Of a stretch of DNA of 64,000 bases, positions 56,051-64,000 are shown piece by piece. The stretch comes from Bacillota bacterium. GTDB lineage: Bacteria > Bacillota > Clostridia > Oscillospirales > CAG-382. The position numbers and the translations under genes are program-made. The DNA is taken from the NCBI GenBank assembly GCA_029550965.1, contig JAKPGJ010000012.1, positions 215 to 64,214 on the forward strand. The letters are read 5' to 3'. The notes below the pieces were generated by a model that saw nothing but the letters and a program-made list of their open reading frames with translations, made no database searches and had not been told where the DNA came from. Every line of letters begins with the position of its first letter. The stretch's first letter is position 1.

Positions 56051-56506
56051 TCATTCTCCTTTACTGAATAGCTCATCAATGAATGGGTAAACCTTTTTGC
56101 TAAAGAAAGTGCCTTCGTCTATCATATTTCGTATTTTTTCTTTACTTGCCCACACGGCATCGCAGGTTTCGCCCTCCTGCAGAACGATGGTGGTGATATC
56201 TACATCCTGCTCAAACAGCCAGACATCTAAAATGTCTGGGTATTGGGGGCGTACAACAGAGGTAAAAAGTCTGCCGTTTGCCGGGTCTAATGTTACCCCA
56301 AGCTCCTCCCTGACCTCTCTAACGGCAGCGATACGGCTTTCCTCGCCCATAAGAACGCTCCCGCCCGTGCATTCCCACATCAGAGGGTCCGGCTTATTCG
56401 GTGAACGCTTTGAAATCAGATACTCGCCCTTGGAGTTTCGTATTTAGACAGACACAACAAGGTGATACACATCCTGTCCATGTCCGCGCTCGACGATTCT
56501 ACCGGT
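56051..56506 (-). pseudogene. Nudix hydrolase remnant with an in-frame TAA at 56444-56446 and no start codon
   Basis: The minus-strand frame reads KTGRIVERGHGQDVYHLVVSV-stop-IRNSKGEYLISKRSPNKPDPLMWECTGGSVLMGEESRIAAVREVREELGV. The Nudix box is intact, but the only ATG (56380) lies just before the box. Confidence 0.6.
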
Positions 56507-56508
56507 TT

Positions 56509-57006
56509 TTACTTTGCTTTATCATAGGCATCCCAAAGTTCGTTCGGTATGTAAACCATCGGGATAAAAGTAATCCCGTTTACAGTCTGCTCCTTGCCGG
56601 TTTCCGTAAAGCCGAAATGCTTGTAAAAAGGAACACCGTACGGGGAGGAGTTGACGGTGATTCTGTCCGCGCCCTTCAGTTTGAGCGCGACAACCATTTC
56701 CCGCATCAGCGCGGTAGCGACTCCCTGCCGGTGATAATTCTTATCTACAAATAAAAGGCAGATATGGTTTCCGTTCCGTTCGGCAAGCATGCCGATGAGT
56801 TTTTCGCCGTCAAAAGCGCCGAGCATCAGGTGTTTTCCCGAAGTGTAATTGCTTTCGAACGCGTTGTTCTCGATACAATCGCTGACAAAGTGTTTTACGC
56901 CTTCCTCACTGTAGGTCGGCGCTTCAAACTCCATAAAAACTTTATACGATAGTGCAAGTGCCGGTCTGACTTCGGCAGATTTTAATGGTCTGATGATGAA
57001 ATTCAT
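56509..57006 (-). CDS. GNAT-family N-acetyltransferase
   Basis: Motif A HRQGVATALMREM. 165 aa. The last ~10 codons may derive from the neighbouring Nudix gene (see findings). Confidence 0.8.
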   Translation of the reverse strand: MNFIIRPLKSAEVRPALALSYKVFMEFEAPTYSEEGVKHFVSDCIENNAFESNYTSGKHLMLGAFDGEKLIGMLAERNGNHICLLFVDKNYHRQGVATALMREMVVALKLKGADRITVNSSPYGVPFYKHFGFTETGKEQTVNGITFIPMVYIPNELWDAYDKAK

Positions 57007-57492
57007 TCAATGCTCCATTTCTAATGCCCCTCCGATTATGGAGGCATATTGCGGTATTATTCTGCAGTGTTTATTTCACTTATGCAGCGTAGCGCTTCTC
57101 AAGATTTGCTTCACGATCCGCTTAATAGAAAAATAAAATGCTGTACAATGTTTTTTCATTTTCAGATTTATAAAGAAGAATTGACGTATTTCTTGCTTAG
57201 AGCGGCGCTATTATACGCGTATACAAGCGCTGGTCGCCAAACGCGTTTTATCTGTTATGTATACCGTTTTTTTACGCCCAATTCTCAAAAAATTAAATAA
57301 AGACTTTTTAAGTATTATCGCTGAAAGGAAGGTTTTTTTAGGGAATTTCTTATTGTATATTACAACACAATTTGAACTATTTGTCAAGAAAAGGTATAAA
57401 ACGCTGTTATTTAAAGCAATATATAGTATGGAACGGCAATTTTCAGAAAAATCTAAAGAATTATTTTACAAATAAAATTTATTCAGCAATTG

Positions 57493-57520
57493 TTGACAAG
57501 TGTAAAAATTGTGATATAAT
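57493..57520 (+). promoter_or_regulatory. Near-consensus sigma-A promoter for the ArsR-type gene
   Basis: TTGACA (57493-57498), 16-nt spacer, TGa-TATAAT (57515-57520). Confidence 0.65.
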
Positions 57521-57562
57521 AAACTTAAGTATTTCGGATTATATGAAAGGATGGTTTTAAGT

Positions 57563-58582
57563 ATGAAGTATGTAAAAGCGCCAGGGCAGATTTATGACCT
57601 GGTACGACTGTTCGGGTACCACTTTAACAAAAGCACGCTCGACAAGATTATTGACAACCCGGAGGATTACGCGCAGACACATATGACTGTTCTCAACGGA
57701 GAGCAGATAAACGACGATTTGTTCCTCTTCTTTTATTCGGAGGGCGGCACAATCAACTTTATTACCAAAAAGATTTCTGAAGACGCGAACACCGATATAT
57801 TGGCGGACAATCTTTTTGAGATATTCTGCCAGAAGTTAAGCGAAACCGAATTGTTCGGCGACGTATTAAAGTATTATTTGGACGACGCGAACGTTGAAAA
57901 CGCAAATAAGCTGACGCCCGAGCAGGTTTACAACCTTGTAAAAGACGCGAATATTCCCGACAGAATCAAACTGCAGCTCGTACATTTCAGCATGAACAAA
58001 GATTACTACAAAAATCTACTGCTCAACGAAATCAGGAGCAAGTTTATGCTTGTCGAGAAGTACTTCCAGAAAGTCAAGGTGAAAATCGAGTACGCGCAGC
58101 GCCTGATCGAGGCAGAGGGCGCGAACTCCGAGATTCTCAATCTCATGGGCGTCACCCCCAATTCCGGCGAGACCATTTACTGCTCGGTTTCTTCGATGCA
58201 GGATAAGCTTGCTTATGTTATGAAAAACGAAAAACAGCGCTGCCTGATTATCGGCTACGGCGCAATCGAGAAGCTGCAGGAAATGCTCGGTCCGCGTGCG
58301 TTCGATATGTATATGATTTCCAAGGCGCTCTCCGATACGCTCCGCATCGCCATTGTGAACATGGTAAAAGAAAAAGGCGAAATGAACACCACCGAGATCG
58401 CGAACGCGTTCGACAAGGGGCTGACCGCCGTGTTCTATCACCTCAACATGCTGGCGGAAGCGCAGATTCTTCTTACAAGAAGCAGAGGCAGAACCGTTCT
58501 TTACCGCGTAAACACCGAGTTGTTCAATAACTTCAGCATCTTTATCAAGGAATTCGCAGTAAACAAAGACGCAAGACTTTAA
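57563..58582 (+). CDS. Protein with a ~240-aa N-terminal domain of unknown function and a C-terminal ArsR/SmtB-type winged HTH
   Basis: The C-terminus LSDTLRIAIVNMVKEKGEMNTTEIANAFDKGLTAVFYHLNMLAEAQILLTRSRGRTVLYRVN matches the ArsR HTH pattern. The start could be ATG 57551 or 57563. Confidence 0.65.
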   Translation: MKYVKAPGQIYDLVRLFGYHFNKSTLDKIIDNPEDYAQTHMTVLNGEQINDDLFLFFYSEGGTINFITKKISEDANTDILADNLFEIFCQKLSETELFGDVLKYYLDDANVENANKLTPEQVYNLVKDANIPDRIKLQLVHFSMNKDYYKNLLLNEIRSKFMLVEKYFQKVKVKIEYAQRLIEAEGANSEILNLMGVTPNSGETIYCSVSSMQDKLAYVMKNEKQRCLIIGYGAIEKLQEMLGPRAFDMYMISKALSDTLRIAIVNMVKEKGEMNTTEIANAFDKGLTAVFYHLNMLAEAQILLTRSRGRTVLYRVNTELFNNFSIFIKEFAVNKDARL

Positions 58583-58653
58583 TCTATTAAGACGAACAGG
58601 CGAGTCAGGGCGGCAACCCAAGGCTTTTATACGCTCGTCCCAAAAAAATGCTT

Positions 58654-58694
58654 TGCATTTTTATGCCATGCATTTTTAATGCCGTGCATTTTTA
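58654..58694. repeat. Three direct copies of TGCATTTTTA at 15-16 bp spacing
   Basis: Copies at 58654-58663, 58669-58678 and 58685-58694, in the spacer between two convergent genes. Confidence 0.85.
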
Positions 58695-58789
58695 GGGGCG
58701 AGTTTTTAATAGCAAGAGCGGAGATTCCATATGGCGGCGCCGTTCCGAACGGGCGGCCGTCAAAACAGAGAATGAGAGCCTGATCTTGA

Positions 58790-58828
58790 CAAAAAAAGTA
58801 AGAACTGAGCAGCAAAACGCTCAGTTCT
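58790..58828 (-). terminator. Rho-independent terminator of the GH2 gene (the hairpin overlaps its stop codon)
   Basis: AGAACTGAGC (58801-58810) pairs with GCTCAGTTCT (58819-58828). On the minus strand it is followed by TAC-TTTTTTT. Confidence 0.75.
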
Positions 58829-60536
58829 CTTTTTCTATCGCCGCTTTGCGGGCGTTGATTTTCCGGAAAATCTCAGGGTCGAACTTGAACTTTCGGTCGT
58901 AGGTCATCAGCCCGTTGACCTCCTGCTCGACGTCGTACAACTGCGTATAGCAGAAACCGAAGATGTTCTCGTTATTCAGCAGCACGTCGGTCAGTCCCTT
59001 GTAGCGCTTGATAAACTCTTTTTCGGTTTTCGGGCTGTCGCCGTAGCCCCAGCCGTCGCTTTCGTTCGCCGCCCACTTGATGCCGCCGTATTCGCTGATA
59101 AAGTAGGGTTCGCCCTTGTGCGTCTGCCGATGGGGGAAGTTGTTGTATAGACCGTCTTTGTAGTGCGACGCGAACTCCTTGACGTTCTGGCAGTAGTCGT
59201 GGATGTCGAATATGTCGGTGACGACGTGGTAGTTGCCGCTGGTGTCGATAACCGGGCGGGTCGGGTCAAGCGCTTTGGTGACTTCATAGACCATTCTGAT
59301 AAGGCTGTCGCTTTGCGGTTTGCCGTTGAAATCCCATGTCTCATTGAACGGGCACCAGCCGATGACGGAGGGATGGCTGAAATCCCGCTCCACCGCTTCC
59401 ATCCATTCGGGCAGGAAGTGCTCGATCTGCCCCGGTTCGGTCACGTTCAGACCCCAATTCGGATACTCGCCCCAGACCAGATAGCCGAGTTTGTCCGCCC
59501 AGTACAGGTAGCGCGGCTCGAACACTTTTTGGTGCAATCGCGCGCCGTTAAAGCCCAGCTGCATCGCGTACAGAATGTCGTTTTTCAGCGCTTCGTCGCT
59601 CGGCGCGGTGTAAATGCCGTCGGGATAGTAGCCCTGGTCCAAAACCCACCTGCCGAAAACGCTCTTTCCGTTCAGAAGAAAGGCTATTTCGCCCAGACCA
59701 ACGCTTCTCAGCCCGAAATAGCTTTTGACTTTGTCTTTAATTTCGCCGTCCTTTGCGACGGTGATTTCAAGGTCGTACAGGTTGCCCTTTCCGGCTTCCC
59801 AGAGGTGTTTTTCCGAAAGCGGAATATGTATGAAAGCGGAGAAAGCGTTTACTACGCCCGCACCTTCGCCGACCGGTTTGCCGTCAAAGAACGCTTTGAC
59901 GTGCACTGCCGAGCCGTTTGAGCGGGGAGAGAGCTTTACTTCCAGCGTCACGGCCGGCGTGTCGATATCCGGGAACACTTTGACGCTTTTTACATAGTTT
60001 TCGCCGACGCACTCCAGCCATACGGTCTGCCAGATTCCGGTCGTGCGCGTGTAGAAGCACCCGTGCGAAGCCAGCTCGGCTGACTGCTTGCCGCCCGGCT
60101 GGTTGAAGCTTCTTATATCATCGACCGCGCAGACGGTGACGTAATTGTTCTCCGCGCGCAAAAGACCGGTAATGTCAAAACTGAACGGCGTGTAACCGCC
60201 TTTGTGTTCGCCGGCGTATTCGCCGTTGATATAGACAGTCGCATGATAGTCCACCGCGCCGAAGTGAATCAGGACCCGTTTGCCTTTCCAGGTCTCGGGT
60301 ATGGAAAAGTCCCTTCTGTACCAGACGCAGTTCATAAAGTCGGTGTTCCCGATGCCGGAGAGTTTGCTTTCCGGGCAAAAAGGAACAAGGATTTTGTCTG
60401 CCAGTTTTTCTCTTAAAAAAAACTTCTTTTCGGTTCCGACAACAACGTTGTCAATTTCAAAATCCCATTCGCCGTTCAAATTGACCCACTCGTCGCGGAC
60501 CAGCTGCGGTCTCGGATATTCTTCTCTCGGGATCAT
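58821..60536 (-). CDS. Glycoside hydrolase family 2 (beta-galactosidase/beta-glucuronidase-like)
   Basis: N-terminus MIPREEYPRPQLVRDEWVNLNGEWDF, plus GH2-type sugar-binding, Ig-like and TIM-barrel regions (WCPFNETW, FISEYGG). ATG 60536 lies after GGAGGAG. The track ORF extends to 60605. Confidence 0.85.
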   Translation of the reverse strand: MIPREEYPRPQLVRDEWVNLNGEWDFEIDNVVVGTEKKFFLREKLADKILVPFCPESKLSGIGNTDFMNCVWYRRDFSIPETWKGKRVLIHFGAVDYHATVYINGEYAGEHKGGYTPFSFDITGLLRAENNYVTVCAVDDIRSFNQPGGKQSAELASHGCFYTRTTGIWQTVWLECVGENYVKSVKVFPDIDTPAVTLEVKLSPRSNGSAVHVKAFFDGKPVGEGAGVVNAFSAFIHIPLSEKHLWEAGKGNLYDLEITVAKDGEIKDKVKSYFGLRSVGLGEIAFLLNGKSVFGRWVLDQGYYPDGIYTAPSDEALKNDILYAMQLGFNGARLHQKVFEPRYLYWADKLGYLVWGEYPNWGLNVTEPGQIEHFLPEWMEAVERDFSHPSVIGWCPFNETWDFNGKPQSDSLIRMVYEVTKALDPTRPVIDTSGNYHVVTDIFDIHDYCQNVKEFASHYKDGLYNNFPHRQTHKGEPYFISEYGGIKWAANESDGWGYGDSPKTEKEFIKRYKGLTDVLLNNENIFGFCYTQLYDVEQEVNGLMTYDRKFKFDPEIFRKINARKAAIEKEN

Positions 60537-60753
60537 TTTTCTCCTCCAAAACGATATTGAACATGACACGCAATATATAATAGCATTTAATATAAGGTAT
60601 TTCAATAGTATTTATGCAAAAAGCGGCGCAAAATTAAGGAAAAGAAGAAATAATCTTGTAAATACTATTGAAAAAAACCGCATAGATGTTATAATGAAAG
60701 TCAGTTTATGCGTATTTTGCGGCAAAGTCTGCGTTATATGATGGAGGAACCCG

Positions 60754-63339
60754 ATGAAAAAGACAAAACTGATCTGTTTTTTTCTTGTTTTGATATTCGG
60801 CATACAGACGCTGACCGCCTGTCATAAAACAGGCGCGGGCGGGGATACCTCTTCCGAAGCGGAAGAAGTAAATGTTTATCAGCAGCTGCTGGCGGTCTAT
60901 AAGGAAGCCGCGGTTCGCGGGGCTGCGCGCAAGCGCGAAATGGTTACTTTGAACAAGAAATACACGCTGGAGGGCGTCACGACCGCGAAATATGCCGACG
61001 ACGGCAAAAAGCTGACCGACGGCGTGTTCACGCCGCACGGGACGATTTTATCGGAACCCGAGTTTTCAACGTATGTCGGCGCGAAAGTGGACGGGTCCTA
61101 CACGGTGATCGTCGAGCTGGGCGAGGTTGTTCAGGGAATCTGCGATTTTGAGCTTTCCGGAATCCGGAACGTTTCCAACGCGAGCAGCATCGCCAAAACG
61201 GTGGATTATTACGTTTCTACCGACGGCGAGAACTACGTTCTGGTCGGAACGTCATACGGTCCGGACGCTATTATGAACATGGCAGCGTACACGCACACCT
61301 TAAAACTGCAGAACACGGTCGAGGCGGCTTACATAAAGTACGTAGCGAATGGCATCACCAGCAAATATTCGATGATCGACGAGGTCGCCGCATACAGATA
61401 TGTGGATTCAGCGGACGATGGCGGAGAGGAGCAGACAATGTTGTATTATAAAAACGAAGAACTTCCGGTCGTAGAAACGCCGGTTTACTGGGACGCGTCA
61501 GAAAGCGATTACAATACGGTGCAAAACCTTCTGCTGGGCAAAAAAGCGCGAATTTACGAAACGCTCGTGCTGGATGCGGAGGTTTGCACGGCCTACTACA
61601 ACACGCCGGCAGAATCCGCCGGCATGCTGACCGACGGCGTCACCGGCAGCCGCAATTATACCGACAGCGCGTACTTCCACTTTACGCGGGGCTACGCGCG
61701 CGAACTGTTATTCGATCTGGAAAAGACGAGCACGGTTCATGGCTTTACGCTCGGCTGCATTTCCAACGCGACGGTCGGCATCGGAATCACTTCGAAAATC
61801 GTTGTCAGCGTTTCCGAGAACGGCAGGGACTGGATGACCATTTTCAAGGACAAATTCTTTACCGAAGAGAGAGAGGGCAGAGTCGAATTATCGGGCGCCT
61901 TCGACGGCAAATATAAAGCAAGATTTATAAAAATATGGTTCCAGCTCGGTTCCGCGCATACCTGGATCGACGAAATCACGGTGACCGGAACCAAAGCGAT
62001 TGCGCGCGACGCGAAGGACGTCGTACCGAACGGCGAGGAGACCGGTCTGGACGTCAACAAGTACGCCGACCCGAACGCGCTGGGCGCGGAGAACATCCTG
62101 CTTACATACACCTTTAAAAACGAGAACAAAGAGCTTGGTCTGAACACGAAGGAAGAGCTTTTGCCTTATGTCGCGTACTTCGGACCCGACGGACAGATGA
62201 AGGACATCTTCTTTGACGGGTATTTGTTCCTTGCCTGCTCGACGGTTTGTCCTTCCGGCGGATTTTTGTACCATCATACGGAAAAGCCCGCCGTTATGAG
62301 CGACTGGATTGCGTACTTCGACGATTTGTTCTACGAGAACTGCAACGTCAACGCACTGCAGGAAGCGGTCAGCGAAGTGAAGAAAACGCTGAACATTCCC
62401 GATTTCAAAGCGAAGGTTTACTTCCCGATATACGCCACCACGCCGACGCAGACCAACTTCGGCGATGTGGACGGCGACGGCGTTTCCGAGGACTTCTCAA
62501 AGCTGGAGGACAGAAACAAGGCGCACAAGTGGTGGATCGATCTGCTGATCCGGCGCTTCAACGAGGGCGGATACGCCGACCTTGAGCTTGCCGGCTTCTA
62601 CTGGAACGACGAGACCACGCACGGCGCGACCGACAGAGACGAAGAAGCCAATATTCGATTTGTTGAGCAGTATGTTCACAGCATGAATTATAAGTTCTTC
62701 TGGATACCGTATTATATGTCGACCGGCTTTGCGGACTGGAAGGAGTACGGATTTGACGCCGCCACCATGCAGCCGAACTATATGTTCAGCGACAAAGCGC
62801 CCGAGACGCGCTGCGACGACAACGCAAGAATGACCAAGTATTTGGGCATGGGCGTTGAAATCGAGGCGGAAGGTTCGGTCGTCTCGACGCCGAGAGGGCT
62901 TGAGAAGTACAGAAAATACCTTGAAACCGGCATTCGGTGGGGTTATATGCACTCCATCAAGACCTATTATCAGGATGCCGGACCGGGCGTATTCTATCGG
63001 GCCTACAAGTCCGCCGACCCGCTTTACCGTTCGGTTTACGACGACACGTACCGGTACGCCAAGAGAAAGCTGTCACTGGAAGCGCCCGAACTGAAAACGA
63101 CCCGATTTGCAACCGCCGCGAAAACGACGGTAACCGGCAAGCTGGAGTTTGTGGACGACGATTACTACGTCGTTACGTCGGAGCTGTCAATTTCCCCGAA
63201 ATTCGGTTCGCTCAAGCTGAACAGGGATACGTTCGAATATACCCCTGTTTCCGGATTTACCGGAACCGACTCGTTCGAAATCGTCGTCACCAGCGGCATT
63301 GGCAAACGGACGGTTACGATAACCATTGAGGTTAACTGA
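60754..63339 (+). CDS. Large lipoprotein with discoidin-like N-terminal domains, a DUF4855-like central domain and a C-terminal Ig/cadherin-like domain
   Basis: Lipobox LTAC. The central segment FDGYLFL...DWIAYFDDLF...LAGFYWNDE...KFFWIPYY...GFDAATMQPNYMF resembles DUF4855 as I recall it. The C-terminus is TPVSGFTGTDSFEIVVTSG. Confidence 0.55.
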   Translation: MKKTKLICFFLVLIFGIQTLTACHKTGAGGDTSSEAEEVNVYQQLLAVYKEAAVRGAARKREMVTLNKKYTLEGVTTAKYADDGKKLTDGVFTPHGTILSEPEFSTYVGAKVDGSYTVIVELGEVVQGICDFELSGIRNVSNASSIAKTVDYYVSTDGENYVLVGTSYGPDAIMNMAAYTHTLKLQNTVEAAYIKYVANGITSKYSMIDEVAAYRYVDSADDGGEEQTMLYYKNEELPVVETPVYWDASESDYNTVQNLLLGKKARIYETLVLDAEVCTAYYNTPAESAGMLTDGVTGSRNYTDSAYFHFTRGYARELLFDLEKTSTVHGFTLGCISNATVGIGITSKIVVSVSENGRDWMTIFKDKFFTEEREGRVELSGAFDGKYKARFIKIWFQLGSAHTWIDEITVTGTKAIARDAKDVVPNGEETGLDVNKYADPNALGAENILLTYTFKNENKELGLNTKEELLPYVAYFGPDGQMKDIFFDGYLFLACSTVCPSGGFLYHHTEKPAVMSDWIAYFDDLFYENCNVNALQEAVSEVKKTLNIPDFKAKVYFPIYATTPTQTNFGDVDGDGVSEDFSKLEDRNKAHKWWIDLLIRRFNEGGYADLELAGFYWNDETTHGATDRDEEANIRFVEQYVHSMNYKFFWIPYYMSTGFADWKEYGFDAATMQPNYMFSDKAPETRCDDNARMTKYLGMGVEIEAEGSVVSTPRGLEKYRKYLETGIRWGYMHSIKTYYQDAGPGVFYRAYKSADPLYRSVYDDTYRYAKRKLSLEAPELKTTRFATAAKTTVTGKLEFVDDDYYVVTSELSISPKFGSLKLNRDTFEYTPVSGFTGTDSFEIVVTSGIGKRTVTITIEVN

Positions 63340-63347
63340 ATAAAAAC

Positions 63348-63380
63348 AAATCCCGTCTGATCGAAAGACGGGATTTATTC
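63348..63380 (+). terminator. Hairpin terminator after the DUF4855-like gene
   Basis: AAATCCCGTCT (63348-63358) pairs with AGACGGGATTT (63366-63376). The T tract is weak. Confidence 0.55.
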
Positions 63381-63446
63381 AGTATATTCGCGTATTTTTC
63401 GTTTAAATTATGTATGAAAGACGATAAGAAGAAAAGAGGATGCATG

Positions 63447-64000
63447 ATGTCGGAAATTTATCTTGCGGGCGGATGTTTTTGGGGAACCGAGAAGTATCTT
63501 TCGTCCATACGGGGCGTGCTGTCCACACAGGTCGGATACGCGAACGGCAACACCGAAAACCCCACTTACGAGGAGGTTTGCCGTAACAACACCGGACACG
63601 CCGAGACCGTGCGCGTAATCTACGACCCTGCGGTTCTGCCGCTGGAGTTTTTGCTGGAGCTGTATTACGAGTCGGTCGACCCGGTTTCCGTAAACCGGCA
63701 GGGCGGGGACGTCGGCGCGCAGTACCGGACCGGCATTTACTACATCGACGAAAACGACCGTCCGGTCATCGACCGCTCGATTGCGAAACTGCAAACGCGC
63801 TATAAAGAGCCGATCGCCATCGAGGTAGAGCCGCTGCGGAACTTTTATCCCGCCGAGGAATACCACCAGAAATATCTTGACAAAAACCCGTTCGGATACT
63901 GCCATATTCCGCGCGCGAAGTTTGAAAAAGCGGCGCGGGCGGTGGTCAATCCCGCCGCGTATCAAGCGCCGAACAAGGCGGAAATGAAAAGGAAACTGAC
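63447..64000 (+). CDS. msrA: Peptide-methionine (S)-S-oxide reductase MsrA, 5' partial, probably the N-terminal half of an MsrA-MsrB fusion
   Basis: The plus-strand translation reads MSEIYLAGGCFWGTEKY...GYANG...TGHAETVRVIYDP...YHQKYL and runs open to the window end, ending ...KAEMKRKLT (like an MsrAB linker). It is absent from the ORF track because it has no stop in the window. AAGAGGA RBS is present. Confidence 0.88.
   Translation, partial: MSEIYLAGGCFWGTEKYLSSIRGVLSTQVGYANGNTENPTYEEVCRNNTGHAETVRVIYDPAVLPLEFLLELYYESVDPVSVNRQGGDVGAQYRTGIYYIDENDRPVIDRSIAKLQTRYKEPIAIEVEPLRNFYPAEEYHQKYLDKNPFGYCHIPRAKFEKAARAVVNPAAYQAPNKAEMKRKL

Noticed and set aside
63408-63965. 185-aa minus-strand ORF at the right edge
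   Set aside because: It is an antisense shadow of the plus-strand msrA coding sequence. It is Arg/Val-rich with no motifs, while the plus strand gives a canonical MsrA.

Overview
This looks like a chromosomal segment from a Gram-positive anaerobe, probably a member of the Clostridia. That placement is an inference from spoVG, a YdbS/YdbT-type PH-domain pair, an ECF S-component, a TatD-associated radical SAM gene, AGGAGG-type RBSs and TTGACA/TATAAT promoters. Most genes look moderately GC-rich, with several clearly AT-richer islets.

The window opens inside a subtype I-C-like CRISPR array with 22 repeats. It is cut by the left edge and has no cas genes on its 3' side. About 55 genes follow, in this order:
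- 1.7-8 kb: EamA transporter, HAD hydrolase, XRE-TPR regulator coupled to a frameshifted ABC exporter, GNAT and Nudix enzymes.
- 8-16 kb: secreted lipoproteins, flavodoxin-like protein, split chromate-transporter pair, DUF342/FapA protein, aldo-keto reductase, GH4 glycosidase.
- 16-22 kb: the first of two polytopic GGDEF cyclases, a radical SAM protein, an esterase, an ECF sigma/anti-sigma pair.
- 22.15-25.77 kb: a five-gene [NiFe]-hydrogenase cluster.
- 26-34 kb: a murein-peptide recycling pair (dipeptide epimerase plus beta-lactamase-fold hydrolase), then metA-nadB-nadC.
- 34-45 kb: tsaC, coaE, an SLT lytic transglycosylase, an M18 aminopeptidase, rpmB, murC, spoVG.
- 45-53 kb: ECF S-component, tandem lipoprotein paralogues, gap, and a tadA-metG-tatD-radical SAM operon.
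- 53-64 kb: CPBP protease, the second GGDEF cyclase, GNAT, an ArsR-type protein, GH2 with a DUF4855-like lipoprotein, and a 5' partial msrA(B) at the right edge.

The most unusual content is the hydrogenase cluster. Its gene order is protease, a zinc-less HypA-like protein, a cytochrome-b5-like protein, the small subunit, then the large subunit. Both structural subunits carry non-canonical residues in otherwise invariant motifs.

Other items worth a second look:
- a candidate peptide-signalling cassette (small signal-peptide-like ORF, RRNPP-like regulator, ABC exporter);
- several decaying genes (ABC frameshift, Nudix remnant fused to a GNAT, deletion-derived lipoprotein paralogue);
- short tandem duplications;
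- a long structured non-coding region.

I recognised no transposase, integrase, rRNA or tRNA gene.
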